Part shown: positions 1 through 9,772 of the stretch, one piece after another | Layout: the number at the start of each line of letters is the position of its first letter | Position numbering within the stretch: position 1 is the first letter of the stretch | From: Thainema sp. | Lineage (GTDB): Bacteria; Cyanobacteriota; Cyanobacteriia; Phormidesmidales; Phormidesmidaceae | Assembly (NCBI GenBank): GCA_052168235.1 | Contig: JBQLZK010000007.1 | Coordinates: forward strand, 97,833 to 161,832 | Direction of reading: 5' to 3' | DNA length: 64,000 nucleotides | The notes under the pieces: generated by a model | What the model was told of the DNA's origin: nothing | The model's database searches: none | The model's input: the letters and a program-made list of their open reading frames with translations, nothing else | Position numbers and translations under genes: made by a program

Positions 1-2
1 CA

Positions 3-392
3 ATGGTGAAACAGGGCATTGTCGGCATGGCCTCCCGCACCTTTAGCAATCCCGTGCTCGCTGCCATCGACAATGCCCAGGACCCCGAACCGGATCAGAC
101 CCGTTCGGCCAACGGCATGATCCGCTGCTGGGAACAGCATCCTAACGGGATTTTCGTGATTGGTAATGCGCCGACCGCGTTGCTGGCATTGTGCGATCGC
201 ATTCAGCAGTCCCATATAAAACCTCCGTTAGTGATTGGCGCACCCGTGGGATTTATTGCCGTTGAAGAGTCCAAGCAGGTACTGGCTCAAACCGACGTGG
301 CTCAAATTCGGCTAGATGGGCGCAAAGGCGGATCAGCGGCGGCAGCGGCGATTGTGAATGCGCTATTGGTGTTGGGAGTGAGCAAGTTTTGA
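3..392 (+). CDS. cobH: Precorrin-8X methylmutase CobH/CbiC, C-terminal part (5' end probably outside the window)
   Basis: Motifs IGNAPTALL, GAPVGF..ESK and GRKGGS.AAAAIVNAL; overlaps the start of cbiET. Confidence 0.9.
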   Translation: MVKQGIVGMASRTFSNPVLAAIDNAQDPEPDQTRSANGMIRCWEQHPNGIFVIGNAPTALLALCDRIQQSHIKPPLVIGAPVGFIAVEESKQVLAQTDVAQIRLDGRKGGSAAAAAIVNALLVLGVSKF

Positions 393-1762
393 GTACTACG
401 CAAGTGCAAACAACGCCGATCCACGTTATTGGCATGGGTCTAGACGGCATGGCGGGATTGCCGTTGAGTTTGCATGAGCAGATTGCTGAGGCGACGGTGC
501 TGGTCGGACATGAGCGGTATCTGGCTGGCATTGAGCAGTCCAAGGCGCAGCGGATTTGGCTGGATAGTTTTACAGAAGGGATGCGTCACCTGCGCCAAAT
601 CTGCGATTCTCTGCGAGGTAGCACAGCCGAACGCGCCGCTTCTAACTCTGGGCAAACCGATGATCAAGTTGATCAGACGGACAGCCAAACCAAGCTTCTG
701 TCTGAACGAATTGTCGTTATTGCATCCGGCGATCCCCTCTTTTTTGGCATTGGTCGTCTACTCCTCCAGCATTTTCCTGCCGAGTGGATCACGTTTCATC
801 CCCATCCCAGCTCGATTCAACTGGCATTTAGCCGGATCAAACTACCGTGGCAGGATGCCCACATCGTCAGCGCTCACGGACGGTCGCTGGATGTATTGGT
901 GCAAACGCTGCAAAAGGGAGCCGACAAAATTGCGGTACTCACCGACCCCACTCATACGCCGCGTGCGATCGCAAAACTCGTCCAATCGCTCCAGCTACCG
1001 AGCCGCTATCGGCTGTGGGTCTGTGAAAACTTAGGCGGTGAAGCGGAGCAGGTGCAGGCATTTTGGCCAGAAGAACTTATCGCCCTGCCGGACGCGGCCT
1101 CTCTGAACGTGGTGATTTTGCATCGTCAAGCCCAAGCCGTTCAGCCCGTTGATCCAGCCCAGCTACCGCTGTTCGGTATTCCCGATCCGCTGTTTCTCAG
1201 CTTTCCAGACCGACCGGGTTTAATGACCAAGCGAGAAATTCGCCTGATGATTTTGGGTGAACTGGCGCTCCAGCCACAGCTGACGATTTGGGATATTGGC
1301 GCAGGTACAGGATCGGTGTCGATTGAAATGGCGCGACTGTCCCCTTCTTCCCGAATTTATGCGGTCGAGAAAACGGCGATTGGCCAATCTCTGATTCAGC
1401 AAAACTGCCAGCGTTTTCAAGTTGAAAATATTGCGATCGCATCGGGTCACGCCCCGGATGCGCTAGTAACTTTACCCAATCCCGACCGAATTTTTATTGG
1501 TGGCAGCGGCGGTCAGTTGACAAAAATTCTAGATCACTGCGATGCGGCGCTGTCGGCCAACGGCATCATCGTGCTGGCGCTCGCGACGTTTGAACACTTT
1601 AGTACGGCACTCAACTGGTTTGATCAGCAAACTGAAATACACTGGCGAACCCATCACACCCAACTGCAAATCGCCCGCTCGGTTGCTGTCCAGTCCCTCA
1701 CCCGCTGGTCGCCGCTCAATCCGGTCACGTTAATTACAGCCCAAAAATTGCCCCCAAACTGA
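389..1762 (+). CDS. cbiET: Bifunctional precorrin-6Y C5,15-methyltransferase (CbiE/CbiT, CobL-type)
   Basis: N-terminal VIGMG and ASGDPLFFGIG; C-terminal MTKREIR and SAM motif WDIGAGTGSVSIE. Confidence 0.9.
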   Translation: MSTTQVQTTPIHVIGMGLDGMAGLPLSLHEQIAEATVLVGHERYLAGIEQSKAQRIWLDSFTEGMRHLRQICDSLRGSTAERAASNSGQTDDQVDQTDSQTKLLSERIVVIASGDPLFFGIGRLLLQHFPAEWITFHPHPSSIQLAFSRIKLPWQDAHIVSAHGRSLDVLVQTLQKGADKIAVLTDPTHTPRAIAKLVQSLQLPSRYRLWVCENLGGEAEQVQAFWPEELIALPDAASLNVVILHRQAQAVQPVDPAQLPLFGIPDPLFLSFPDRPGLMTKREIRLMILGELALQPQLTIWDIGAGTGSVSIEMARLSPSSRIYAVEKTAIGQSLIQQNCQRFQVENIAIASGHAPDALVTLPNPDRIFIGGSGGQLTKILDHCDAALSANGIIVLALATFEHFSTALNWFDQQTEIHWRTHHTQLQIARSVAVQSLTRWSPLNPVTLITAQKLPPN

Positions 1763-2720
1763 TCCCCGTTCCAAGCAGCAACACCAGCGGCATCAGCCCA
1801 AACAGCGGCTGTTCTAGCGTTCCCGTCAACCAGGCTGGCCCTTTACCCGTCAATTGGTAAAGCTGCGCTGTGTCCAAACAGGCCAAGCTCCAGATCCAGC
1901 CGCTATGCAGTCCCCACGCTAGTCCAATACTGCCACCGTCTACCCAGCGAGCGGCGACTAGCACCATACCCATTAGCCACAGCCCTGGAAGCTGCGGCAC
2001 TTGCTGTCGTCCTTCCCATAGGACATGGGAGATGGCAAAAATGACGCTTGCGATCGCAGCCGCCCAGCCAACTGCAAACTGGCTTTGCAGATGAGTCTGC
2101 ATAAAACCACGGAAGATGAGTTCTTCTGTAAAGCCAATCCAACTGGCCAGGAGAAAAAGTGGAATAATAATTGTTCTTAACTGAGGGTGTGGTGTAGTGC
2201 TGGCCAAAGATGCTACATTACTGCCCTCAGATTGATCATAAGATTGTGCTTCAAACTGATCGTGAAACTCACTTTGATTTTCTAGATCGCTTTCTGTAGA
2301 ACCCTGCGCTAAACGTTCAGTCGAATTTTCTGTCAGCAACGAGATAGAAGTTCTTTGCGCTCTCCAACCTAGCCCAACTTGTAAACCGACCAAAGCCGCA
2401 ATACCGATGACACCAAATCCCAAACCTTGACCAAACGATACAAAAAATTGCATCGTCCAGCTTAATCCATTTTGCTGAAAAGAACTATTCTCTACAGCTA
2501 TAAATCCCCACAGTAAAAATGGCGCAATAATATAGAGCGAGGTTAACAGTGGGAGCTTTTGCTGAGGGGTAGCAGGTTGAAATGGTTGCCACTTTACTCG
2601 TCCCGCAATTGCGATCGCAATTGGCAACCATAAACCAAGCCAGCTCAGCAAAAAAAGAATCACCTGAACAAAAGCCGGTGATTCTTTCCAAAGATTAATT
2701 AAAAAATTCAATCTTGTCAC
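1734..2720 (-). CDS. CPBP/Abi (CAAX-protease-like) intramembrane metalloprotease
   Basis: EELIFRG, FAISH and LHSGW motifs; multiple TM helices; 3' end overlaps cbiET convergently by 29 bp. Confidence 0.85.
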   Translation of the reverse strand: MTRLNFLINLWKESPAFVQVILFLLSWLGLWLPIAIAIAGRVKWQPFQPATPQQKLPLLTSLYIIAPFLLWGFIAVENSSFQQNGLSWTMQFFVSFGQGLGFGVIGIAALVGLQVGLGWRAQRTSISLLTENSTERLAQGSTESDLENQSEFHDQFEAQSYDQSEGSNVASLASTTPHPQLRTIIIPLFLLASWIGFTEELIFRGFMQTHLQSQFAVGWAAAIASVIFAISHVLWEGRQQVPQLPGLWLMGMVLVAARWVDGGSIGLAWGLHSGWIWSLACLDTAQLYQLTGKGPAWLTGTLEQPLFGLMPLVLLLGTGISLGAIFGL

Positions 2721-2800
2721 AGCAACAAGCCGAAGTCACGATTTAACGTCAATTTGCACATCTACGATAGTATATCGTTGCAAATCGCCGTTGCAAATCG

Positions 2801-3196
2801 TTATCCCTTGCCGTTTTCTTCTGATTTGTCGCTATCTAGCTGAATCAGATGAATGTGCTTATACCCTAGCTTGATTTCAAATTCATCGCCGGGTTTCAGA
2901 TTCATCTCTTGGGTATAGGTTGAACCAATCACAATTTGTCCATTCTTGTGAACGCTAACGCGATAGGTTGGCTCCCGTCCCCGGCCATCTTTGGTGCCTT
3001 CTGGATTGAGGGAAACTCCTCTTGCCTCCAGCAAAGCATTATAGAACTCGGTCAAATTGACGCGAGTTTGGTTGTTTTTCGTAGTGCTGTAATATCCACA
3101 GTGTCTAGCGACTTCTCGCCGAGACAGATGTGAAAGTTCTTTTACCTTTTGAAGCAGCGCTTTTCCCGTAAGTGGAGCAGAGGATGTCTCAGCCAT
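2801..3196 (-). CDS. Cyanobacterial AbrB-like transcriptional regulator (cyAbrB)
   Basis: LTGKALLQKVKEL...CGYY...GREPTYRVSVHKNGQIVIGSTYT...FEIKLGYKHIHL; likely ATG start at 3196. Confidence 0.92.
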   Translation of the reverse strand: MAETSSAPLTGKALLQKVKELSHLSRREVARHCGYYSTTKNNQTRVNLTEFYNALLEARGVSLNPEGTKDGRGREPTYRVSVHKNGQIVIGSTYTQEMNLKPGDEFEIKLGYKHIHLIQLDSDKSEENGKG

Positions 3197-3777
3197 AAAA
3201 CAGTCCAATTATTTTTCTAAACTCTAAGATAGCAAATTATAGATCGCTTTCATCGAGAATTTCATCGAGAAATATAACATTAAGTCCGCAGATTAAAGAG
3301 TGAGTGATTGGCAAGATCAGATAATTTAATCGACTTAAAAAGGAAGCTACAGCTGTGCTGATAGGAGCCGGGGAAGAAAAAGTATCAGTCTATGCTGAGA
3401 TATCTCTGAGTTATATCTCTAAATTTGAAGGAATCCATATTTTGCGGCTTATAAATCTGGATCGAAGAAAGAGCATTTTATCGCCAAATCGTAACGACAA
3501 AATATCTCTCGTGAGTTTGAGGTGGAAAATTTGAGGGTCTTACCCACCATTACCAAATTCACCCAATCCAATTAAGGCTGAGGCTACTCTCGTTTTCAGC
3601 GTGATCAGGATTTAGCTAATTTGAGATGTGCCCATTTTGCACTTTATATCGCAGCGGCAAAATGGTCATTTTGGATTTCCGGATAAACGGTAAGATAGCC
3701 AACTTTATTTTCGCCAGAGATGAACAAAATGCTACTGACGGGAAAAAAGCATTTAGGTTAAAGCACTTAGGCTACTA

Positions 3778-3878
3778 AGGAGCGTGAATTAAATAGCCTG
3801 TCAATCATTCCATCCGTAGGGACACGGCAATGCCGTGTCCCTACCCCAAAGATTTCATCTTATTAAATTCACGCTCCT
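3778..3878. mobile_element. MITE-like element carrying a GTAG-type REP hairpin
   Basis: Terminal inverted repeats AGGAGCGTGAATTAAATA / TATTAAATTCACGCTCCT (17/18 match); central palindrome GTAGGGACACGGCA-A-TGCCGTGTCCCTAC at 3816-3844. Confidence 0.7.
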
Positions 3879-4261
3879 AAGCGAATCTTGCTGTTGCGAT
3901 CGCACATGATTTGTGAAAGAGCTGTCAAGCTGGCAGAGAAAGGGCGTTTTATCGTTACATTGTGACGGCAAAGCGCCCCTTCTGAGTTGAACACCGGATA
4001 TGACTTTAGAGTTTTCTTTACTCACGCTTTATCAGTTTGTTTAGTTTATACGTGTATTTTCGGGCAAGAGTTGAGCCATGTTCATCAGCATGACTACGAT
4101 GGGCGCAATGACTTGTCGTCACTGCATGTAACCCATGCTTAATCAGGCTTACATCAGTCGGAACGATCAGGCTGATGATGCTGTGCCATGCATTAGCTTC
4201 ATGCATTAACTCCATAAAATCTGGGTTCGTTCTACTTTATGGACAGTTGGGTGTAAGAGAT

Positions 4262-5710
4262 ATGAGGCGGACTACCTTTTTAGGATTAGCTGCGATCGCA
4301 GCCTTAACAGCTTGTATCGTTATCTTCATACATGGAGAAGTTAGGTCGAATCAGCGAAACTATCCGACACCTGATGTCTCAGGCGCTCTCGAAACGTCCT
4401 TTACGGAAGTCTGTTTGTCGCCTAATGCTGAACAGCGTCCCCCTTGGGAATGCTATGAAATCTCTGCTGCTGGAGAAGAGTATCAACCCGTTGAAATTCG
4501 CCACTCCGATGGAGAAGTGCATCGAGTTTTGACCTTCAAAGATGGAAATCAAACAAAGTTTCGGTTTACGCCAACTAAGCCAGGAATTTGGTCATTTAGT
4601 ACCGGGGGAGAACTCACCATTGATGCTGAACGGCCCGACTATGCCAAAGGGTTTGTGGCAGCAGCAGGGCAAAAGTGGATTCGAACCGCCACTGGTGAAG
4701 CCTTTGTGCCGCAATTTGTTATGTATGACAAACCGGATCTGGATCAAGCACTAGACGAGTTTGTTGAGGGCCACGGATTTACCGGATTTCATCTGACAAA
4801 CTTGCGTGATTTTCTGGCAAATCCCCAGTATTTTGAAGCGGTCGTTCTCAAAACTTATCGGCGGGGCGGTGTCACCCATTTCTGGATTTGGGGAGATAAA
4901 CAGAGAAAGCAAACGCCCAAGACATACGGCATTGATAGCGAAAAGCTCTACAAAGAAATTGCTGCCCGTTTAGCCCCCCTGCCGGGTTGGACGTTCAGCT
5001 ATGGCTTTGACTTGTTCGAGTGGGCCAGTGCTAGAGAGCTAGAAGATTTACGGACAAAATTGAGGTCTTACACCAGCTACACACATCTATTTGGTGCACG
5101 CGGCCACACTCACGAATACAAAGAAATCAGCTCGAATCTAGACTATGCCTCTTGGGAGTGGCGTCGTCCGGTATACGAAGACTACCGAGACCATCTCACG
5201 AAAGCAGGGGATCGTCCAGCCTTCTCAGAAGACCGCTTTCGGATTCGGACTCCTTCCCGCTATCCCGATAAGGATTATGACCCAGAACGCACCTATAAGG
5301 GGCTTTGGTATTCGATGATTTCTGGTGGCGTTGGCAATATCTGGGGGCATAAACCGCGCGATCGCGAATTTTCTGAACCCTATCCCAATAAAGATCAAAT
5401 CAAAACCTACAGTGTGTTTACCCGCAAAAACTATACCGTTGGTATGCAGCCAGATAACAGCTTGATTAACGCAGGCTACTGTTTGCGAGATGGAGCGATC
5501 TCGGCGATGTGTTATGCCGAAAATACCCATAATATCCGTTTACAGCTTGATGCACTGTCGGCTCCAGTCCAAGTTTTAGCCGTCGATGCTAAAGCGGCCT
5601 ATCAGGAAATTGAGCTACCGAGCCAAGGTGGGCAAATCGAATGGCAAGCTCCCCGTCGTTCTGACTGGGCCATTGCGATCGCACCGTTGGCATCGCCAGC
5701 AGCCAACTAA
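4262..5710 (+). CDS. Exported or membrane-anchored glycoside-hydrolase-like protein (DUF5060/DUF4038-like)
   Basis: N-terminal signal/TM segment after MRRTTF; KFRFTPTKPGIWSF resembles DUF5060; followed by a TIM-barrel-like region and a C-terminal beta domain (W.AP..SDW). Confidence 0.5.
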   Translation: MRRTTFLGLAAIAALTACIVIFIHGEVRSNQRNYPTPDVSGALETSFTEVCLSPNAEQRPPWECYEISAAGEEYQPVEIRHSDGEVHRVLTFKDGNQTKFRFTPTKPGIWSFSTGGELTIDAERPDYAKGFVAAAGQKWIRTATGEAFVPQFVMYDKPDLDQALDEFVEGHGFTGFHLTNLRDFLANPQYFEAVVLKTYRRGGVTHFWIWGDKQRKQTPKTYGIDSEKLYKEIAARLAPLPGWTFSYGFDLFEWASARELEDLRTKLRSYTSYTHLFGARGHTHEYKEISSNLDYASWEWRRPVYEDYRDHLTKAGDRPAFSEDRFRIRTPSRYPDKDYDPERTYKGLWYSMISGGVGNIWGHKPRDREFSEPYPNKDQIKTYSVFTRKNYTVGMQPDNSLINAGYCLRDGAISAMCYAENTHNIRLQLDALSAPVQVLAVDAKAAYQEIELPSQGGQIEWQAPRRSDWAIAIAPLASPAAN

Positions 5711-5808
5711 CCCCAACTTCAGCACTCCCATCACGCTCATCCTTTCAGCCACTTCATTAACAAATTCGTATTAACTAACCGCCCAACTCTGGTGGAGCCG
5801 ATATTAAG

Positions 5809-7359
5809 ATGACGATATTTGATCAAACCAATCCTTCCAAAAATCAATCCAAGCTGACACTGCGATCGCAGATCACCCAGACACATTGGATTATTCCAGG
5901 CTTAATCTTTGGTTTAGCCACCATCTTGAGACTCTACGCTTTAGGCGAAGAGAATCTTTGGGTTGATGAAATGAATAGCCTAGAAGACTCCAAGTATTTC
6001 TCTTGGCTAAACCCTGGAGTCAGGCCGCTCTACTACAGCCTGCTTCATATTTGGATGCAGTGGTTCAATGATGAAAGTGGCTGGCGGCTTTTATCAGTGA
6101 TCCTGGGCATTGGTTGCGTCGTCTTGACCTATGACCTGGGCCATCGGCTCTTTGGCAAGAATATTGCCCAACTGTCATCTCTTATGATGGCCATTTCGCC
6201 CATTTTTATTAATCACTCTCAAGAAATCAGGATGTATCCTCTGATGGTCTTTTGGGCGATTTTGGGATCGATTGCGCTACTAGAATACATCGATCGGCCG
6301 AGTTATTGGCGCGTTGCAGCTTGGACAATCTGCCGCCTGCTGGCGATTTTGGCCTTTCCAATTAGTATCGCGCTGCTAGTGCCCGATGGCCTGATTCTAA
6401 TTGTCCGATTCCGCCAGCAGCGCCGTTGGCTGTTTTCCGCTGTCTCAGGCGTATTGTTTATTGGCGCAATGCTCTTGCCCATTGCGTTAACCCAGCTCGC
6501 GCAAAAAGCCCAAGACTACTACGCTCTACACGGAGATGGTGGGGATGAGGCTTCTTTCTCAGTGGTTTCTGTAATTGCCAAACTAACCAGTTTTACCGTG
6601 TTTTGGCCACTGGAAACCCTGAATGATCGTCCCAGCCTGCTGCTGTTCTACAAAGGCATAACGCTGCTTTTGCTTCTCGTGCTCGGTATTAGCCTACTGG
6701 GAATGCGGCGGAATAGGTCACTACAACTTGCGGCAACATGGACAATTGGTGGCCTCGGTTCCGTTCTTTTGGCGGACATTCTCGTTCTGGGTGGCAAAGC
6801 ATGGATTACGCGCTATCTGCTCTTTGCTGCGCCGTTTGTCTTCATTTTGCTAGCCGTAGGTTTATCACGGCTTTGGAGCTGGCATCGCTGGGTCGGTGGT
6901 GCGGTTGCTCTCCTATATATCTTGGCCGTTTGGCAAGGTTTAGCCTACTACTACAGCACGGCCTATCGCGATGACTGGCGCGGATTAGCACAAGCCATCC
7001 AGCCAACGGCTTCTCCCGAAGCGATTGTCTACTATGCACCGGATGACCATTTGCAATATTCGCTGCCGTTCTACTACGACGGTAAGGCTCCACTGCATAT
7101 AGTTAGTCGATCGAATAAAGAACGGGAAGAAGCAACAGTACTAACTCCAGCAGATTTAGCCGATCTGCCCCAGAATCAAGAACGCCTCTGGTTAGCCTGC
7201 TGGTCGTTTTGCCACGACGAAGCCGGAATTGATCTAATCGCCCAAACAGTTTTGGGTGCCGAGGGTACAATCAAATCTCAACAATCTTTTCGAGGTCATG
7301 CTCCGGGTTCCGCCCGACGACTTGAGCTACTGGTTATTGAACCTGAGGTTGCTCAATAA
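5809..7359 (+). CDS. GT-C fold membrane glycosyltransferase (GT39/PMT/ArnT-like)
   Basis: LRLY.LG.ENLWVDE, PLYY.LLH.W and HSQEIRMY motifs; many TM helices. Confidence 0.8.
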   Translation: MTIFDQTNPSKNQSKLTLRSQITQTHWIIPGLIFGLATILRLYALGEENLWVDEMNSLEDSKYFSWLNPGVRPLYYSLLHIWMQWFNDESGWRLLSVILGIGCVVLTYDLGHRLFGKNIAQLSSLMMAISPIFINHSQEIRMYPLMVFWAILGSIALLEYIDRPSYWRVAAWTICRLLAILAFPISIALLVPDGLILIVRFRQQRRWLFSAVSGVLFIGAMLLPIALTQLAQKAQDYYALHGDGGDEASFSVVSVIAKLTSFTVFWPLETLNDRPSLLLFYKGITLLLLLVLGISLLGMRRNRSLQLAATWTIGGLGSVLLADILVLGGKAWITRYLLFAAPFVFILLAVGLSRLWSWHRWVGGAVALLYILAVWQGLAYYYSTAYRDDWRGLAQAIQPTASPEAIVYYAPDDHLQYSLPFYYDGKAPLHIVSRSNKEREEATVLTPADLADLPQNQERLWLACWSFCHDEAGIDLIAQTVLGAEGTIKSQQSFRGHAPGSARRLELLVIEPEVAQ

Positions 7360-7616
7360 CCTGACATCTGATTAATCAACCTATTGCTTCGTGGCCAAAT
7401 CTAAGTTGCGATCGCAGATATACACATACATCCTCTTACCATCTGTGCCAAATAGAGTGGTCATATAAGCCACTGTCTCATCATTCTATGGTTATCTGTC
7501 ATCTTGCACTCTGCAAAGCTTAAAACCCGAAGATAGTTATAAGACAGCGCTACTTTAGCTATGAAATAACCATCTTCGGGTTTTAATAAGTAGGTTGGCA
7601 TCAATAAACGCATATA

Positions 7617-7659
7617 AAAAATCGGGGGAGCACTCCGGAGGGGTGCTCCCCCGGTTTTT
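7617..7659. terminator. Bidirectional intrinsic terminator-like hairpin between convergent genes
   Basis: AAAAATCGGGGGAGCACTCC...GGGGTGCTCCCCCGGTTTTT, with A and T tracts on either side. Confidence 0.65.
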
Positions 7660-7702
7660 AGTTGTGCATTTATTCATATGCAGCTACTTACGAGCTGTGA
7701 AC

Positions 7703-9625
7703 TTAAGAATCTGTACGGCGAATATAGCCCTGATCGTCAATCACCAAAGGCGTTTGTGGAAAATCGCTTTGAGTTAGTGTCCGGACTAGATTGACGGTTT
7801 GGAAATAATCATCCAAATAGGGAATACCGCTGTCGTCAAGTGCGATAGGAATAATCCGACCCATTTGGAAATCACCTTGTTTGTCAAGCTGGAACTGCAA
7901 GATCATTGAGTTGCCTAACGTACCCACGGTAGACAACGTGCGATAGCCCATAAAATTACCCAGCGAATAGGCAATCAGCTTGCCCTGATAGAGTTCCATT
8001 GCGCGGGGAACGTGGGGGCCATGTCCTAGTACGACATCGGCTCCGGCATCGATCATGGCGCGGGCAAACTGGACAGAATTACCGCGATTTTCAGAATAAA
8101 AATATTCGGTTTCGTTGCGAGTGTAAATGGCATCGGTTCCCTCTGCCCCTGCATGCACCGAGATCACCACGATATCAGCATTTTCAGACGCTTCCTTGAC
8201 TAATGCTTGACCCGCAGCAATGTCATGCATTGAGTTGTGATCGTCCAAGTAGCTAAACGCGATGTAGGCCGTTTTGATACCTTTGACGTCTTGATAGACG
8301 ATTTGGTCTTTGCGACCCACAGCTTTCATCCCAGACTTTTCAATGTTTTCAATCGTGTCGTTAAATCCCTCTTCGTAGAAATCCATTGAGTGATTATTGG
8401 CCACACTCAGTACATCAAAGCCTGCAGCCTTAAGAATTCCAGCGTAGTGAGGCGGCGTCCGGAAAGCGAACGTCATGCCCTGGCTGACATCTTTGGCGCT
8501 ACTTGGATAGTCGGTTAGAGTACTTTCAAAATTGCCAAATACGATATCGGCCTCAGCCAGATAAGGCTGCACATTGGCAAACAGCATCCCTAAATCACTG
8601 GGCAAGCGAGTGTGAGGAAAGTTAGTGCCTGGAATAATGTCTCCCACGGCTTTGAACACAATCGTATCGGCGGCAATTGGATTAGCAGCAGCATCAGAAC
8701 TGGCATCTTCAGCCGGAGCAGCGGCACTCGGTTGAGTCTCTGGCGAGGCAGCAGATTGAGCAGCAGCTTCTGCTTTCGGCTCTGTGTCTGATGCAGCCGG
8801 AGTTGAATTCGTGTCTGACTGATCAGACTCCATTGCAGGATCGCTTGTCGTGTTATCAGCCGGATCTGCTGCTGGGTTGCTAGTGGGAGCAGCGGGTACA
8901 CCAGAACTGCTGCCGAAATAGGGCAGGTCTTTGTTCAAAAGCGTTTCGTCCTCCTTCAGCGAAGGTGGAGGAGCGGGTTCGAGAGTCTCAATTGGGGTTG
9001 GTTCATCATTCCCATTGGCTGACGCTCCGCTTTCAACCTGCACGTCTTCAGCAACGGGTTGAGCAGCATTATTGAGCTGTGTCCGCAACATCACACTCAA
9101 GCCTGTTCCCAAAACGAAACTGGCCGCAATTAAGCCTAAAATGCCGTAGCGCCAGACTTTTCGCTGCGATGGACGGCGAGAACGGCTGGGCGATTTTGGG
9201 GCTGACTGTTTGAGTGTTGCTCGTGGCGGGGCAACTGGAACAGGTACAACTGGGGCGGGCTGAGCATCTAATAGAATCTCCTCTTGCCAGTCTGGTTGCT
9301 CATCACCAGCCCGATGGCCGTAAATCTGCACCACACGAATGTTCGGTAGCCCCAAACAGAGCAGAACTGCACGGGTGGTATGGACATGTAGGGTTCGTTC
9401 TGGAACGTGACTAGACTCTAGATGAATATGCAGCCGATCGCCCTGTTTGGAGACAGTTGCCCAAACCTGCTCTAGGACAAAGGCTTGGTTGAGTATAGAG
9501 GCGATGGCCTGGGTGTTTCCCTGTCTGGCTTGAGCCAGAACCTGTTGCTGATCCGCTATCACTGCGCTCACACCATAAAATTTTTTCGCCTCTAATATTG
9601 GCGCTGACTCAGCAATTTGAGTCAT
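7703..9625 (-). CDS. CapA/PGA_cap family metallophosphoesterase with a TM anchor and a low-complexity linker
   Basis: AVGDI, GNFES, VANNHSMD, VHAGAE, GHGPHV and YSLGNF motifs; likely ATG at 9625. Confidence 0.85.
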   Translation of the reverse strand: MTQIAESAPILEAKKFYGVSAVIADQQQVLAQARQGNTQAIASILNQAFVLEQVWATVSKQGDRLHIHLESSHVPERTLHVHTTRAVLLCLGLPNIRVVQIYGHRAGDEQPDWQEEILLDAQPAPVVPVPVAPPRATLKQSAPKSPSRSRRPSQRKVWRYGILGLIAASFVLGTGLSVMLRTQLNNAAQPVAEDVQVESGASANGNDEPTPIETLEPAPPPSLKEDETLLNKDLPYFGSSSGVPAAPTSNPAADPADNTTSDPAMESDQSDTNSTPAASDTEPKAEAAAQSAASPETQPSAAAPAEDASSDAAANPIAADTIVFKAVGDIIPGTNFPHTRLPSDLGMLFANVQPYLAEADIVFGNFESTLTDYPSSAKDVSQGMTFAFRTPPHYAGILKAAGFDVLSVANNHSMDFYEEGFNDTIENIEKSGMKAVGRKDQIVYQDVKGIKTAYIAFSYLDDHNSMHDIAAGQALVKEASENADIVVISVHAGAEGTDAIYTRNETEYFYSENRGNSVQFARAMIDAGADVVLGHGPHVPRAMELYQGKLIAYSLGNFMGYRTLSTVGTLGNSMILQFQLDKQGDFQMGRIIPIALDDSGIPYLDDYFQTVNLVRTLTQSDFPQTPLVIDDQGYIRRTDS

Positions 9626-9772
9626 ACAAAATGTTAATAAAAACCATTTGCATCGGTGCAGTAAGCGGGTGAAACATGCTGATTCAGGTGCGATCGCACC
9701 TACACTCCCACCCACCGACTCAATATCAACAAGCCATGAAGTTGTGAACTAACGCAGCTTTTTCGCTGCTCG

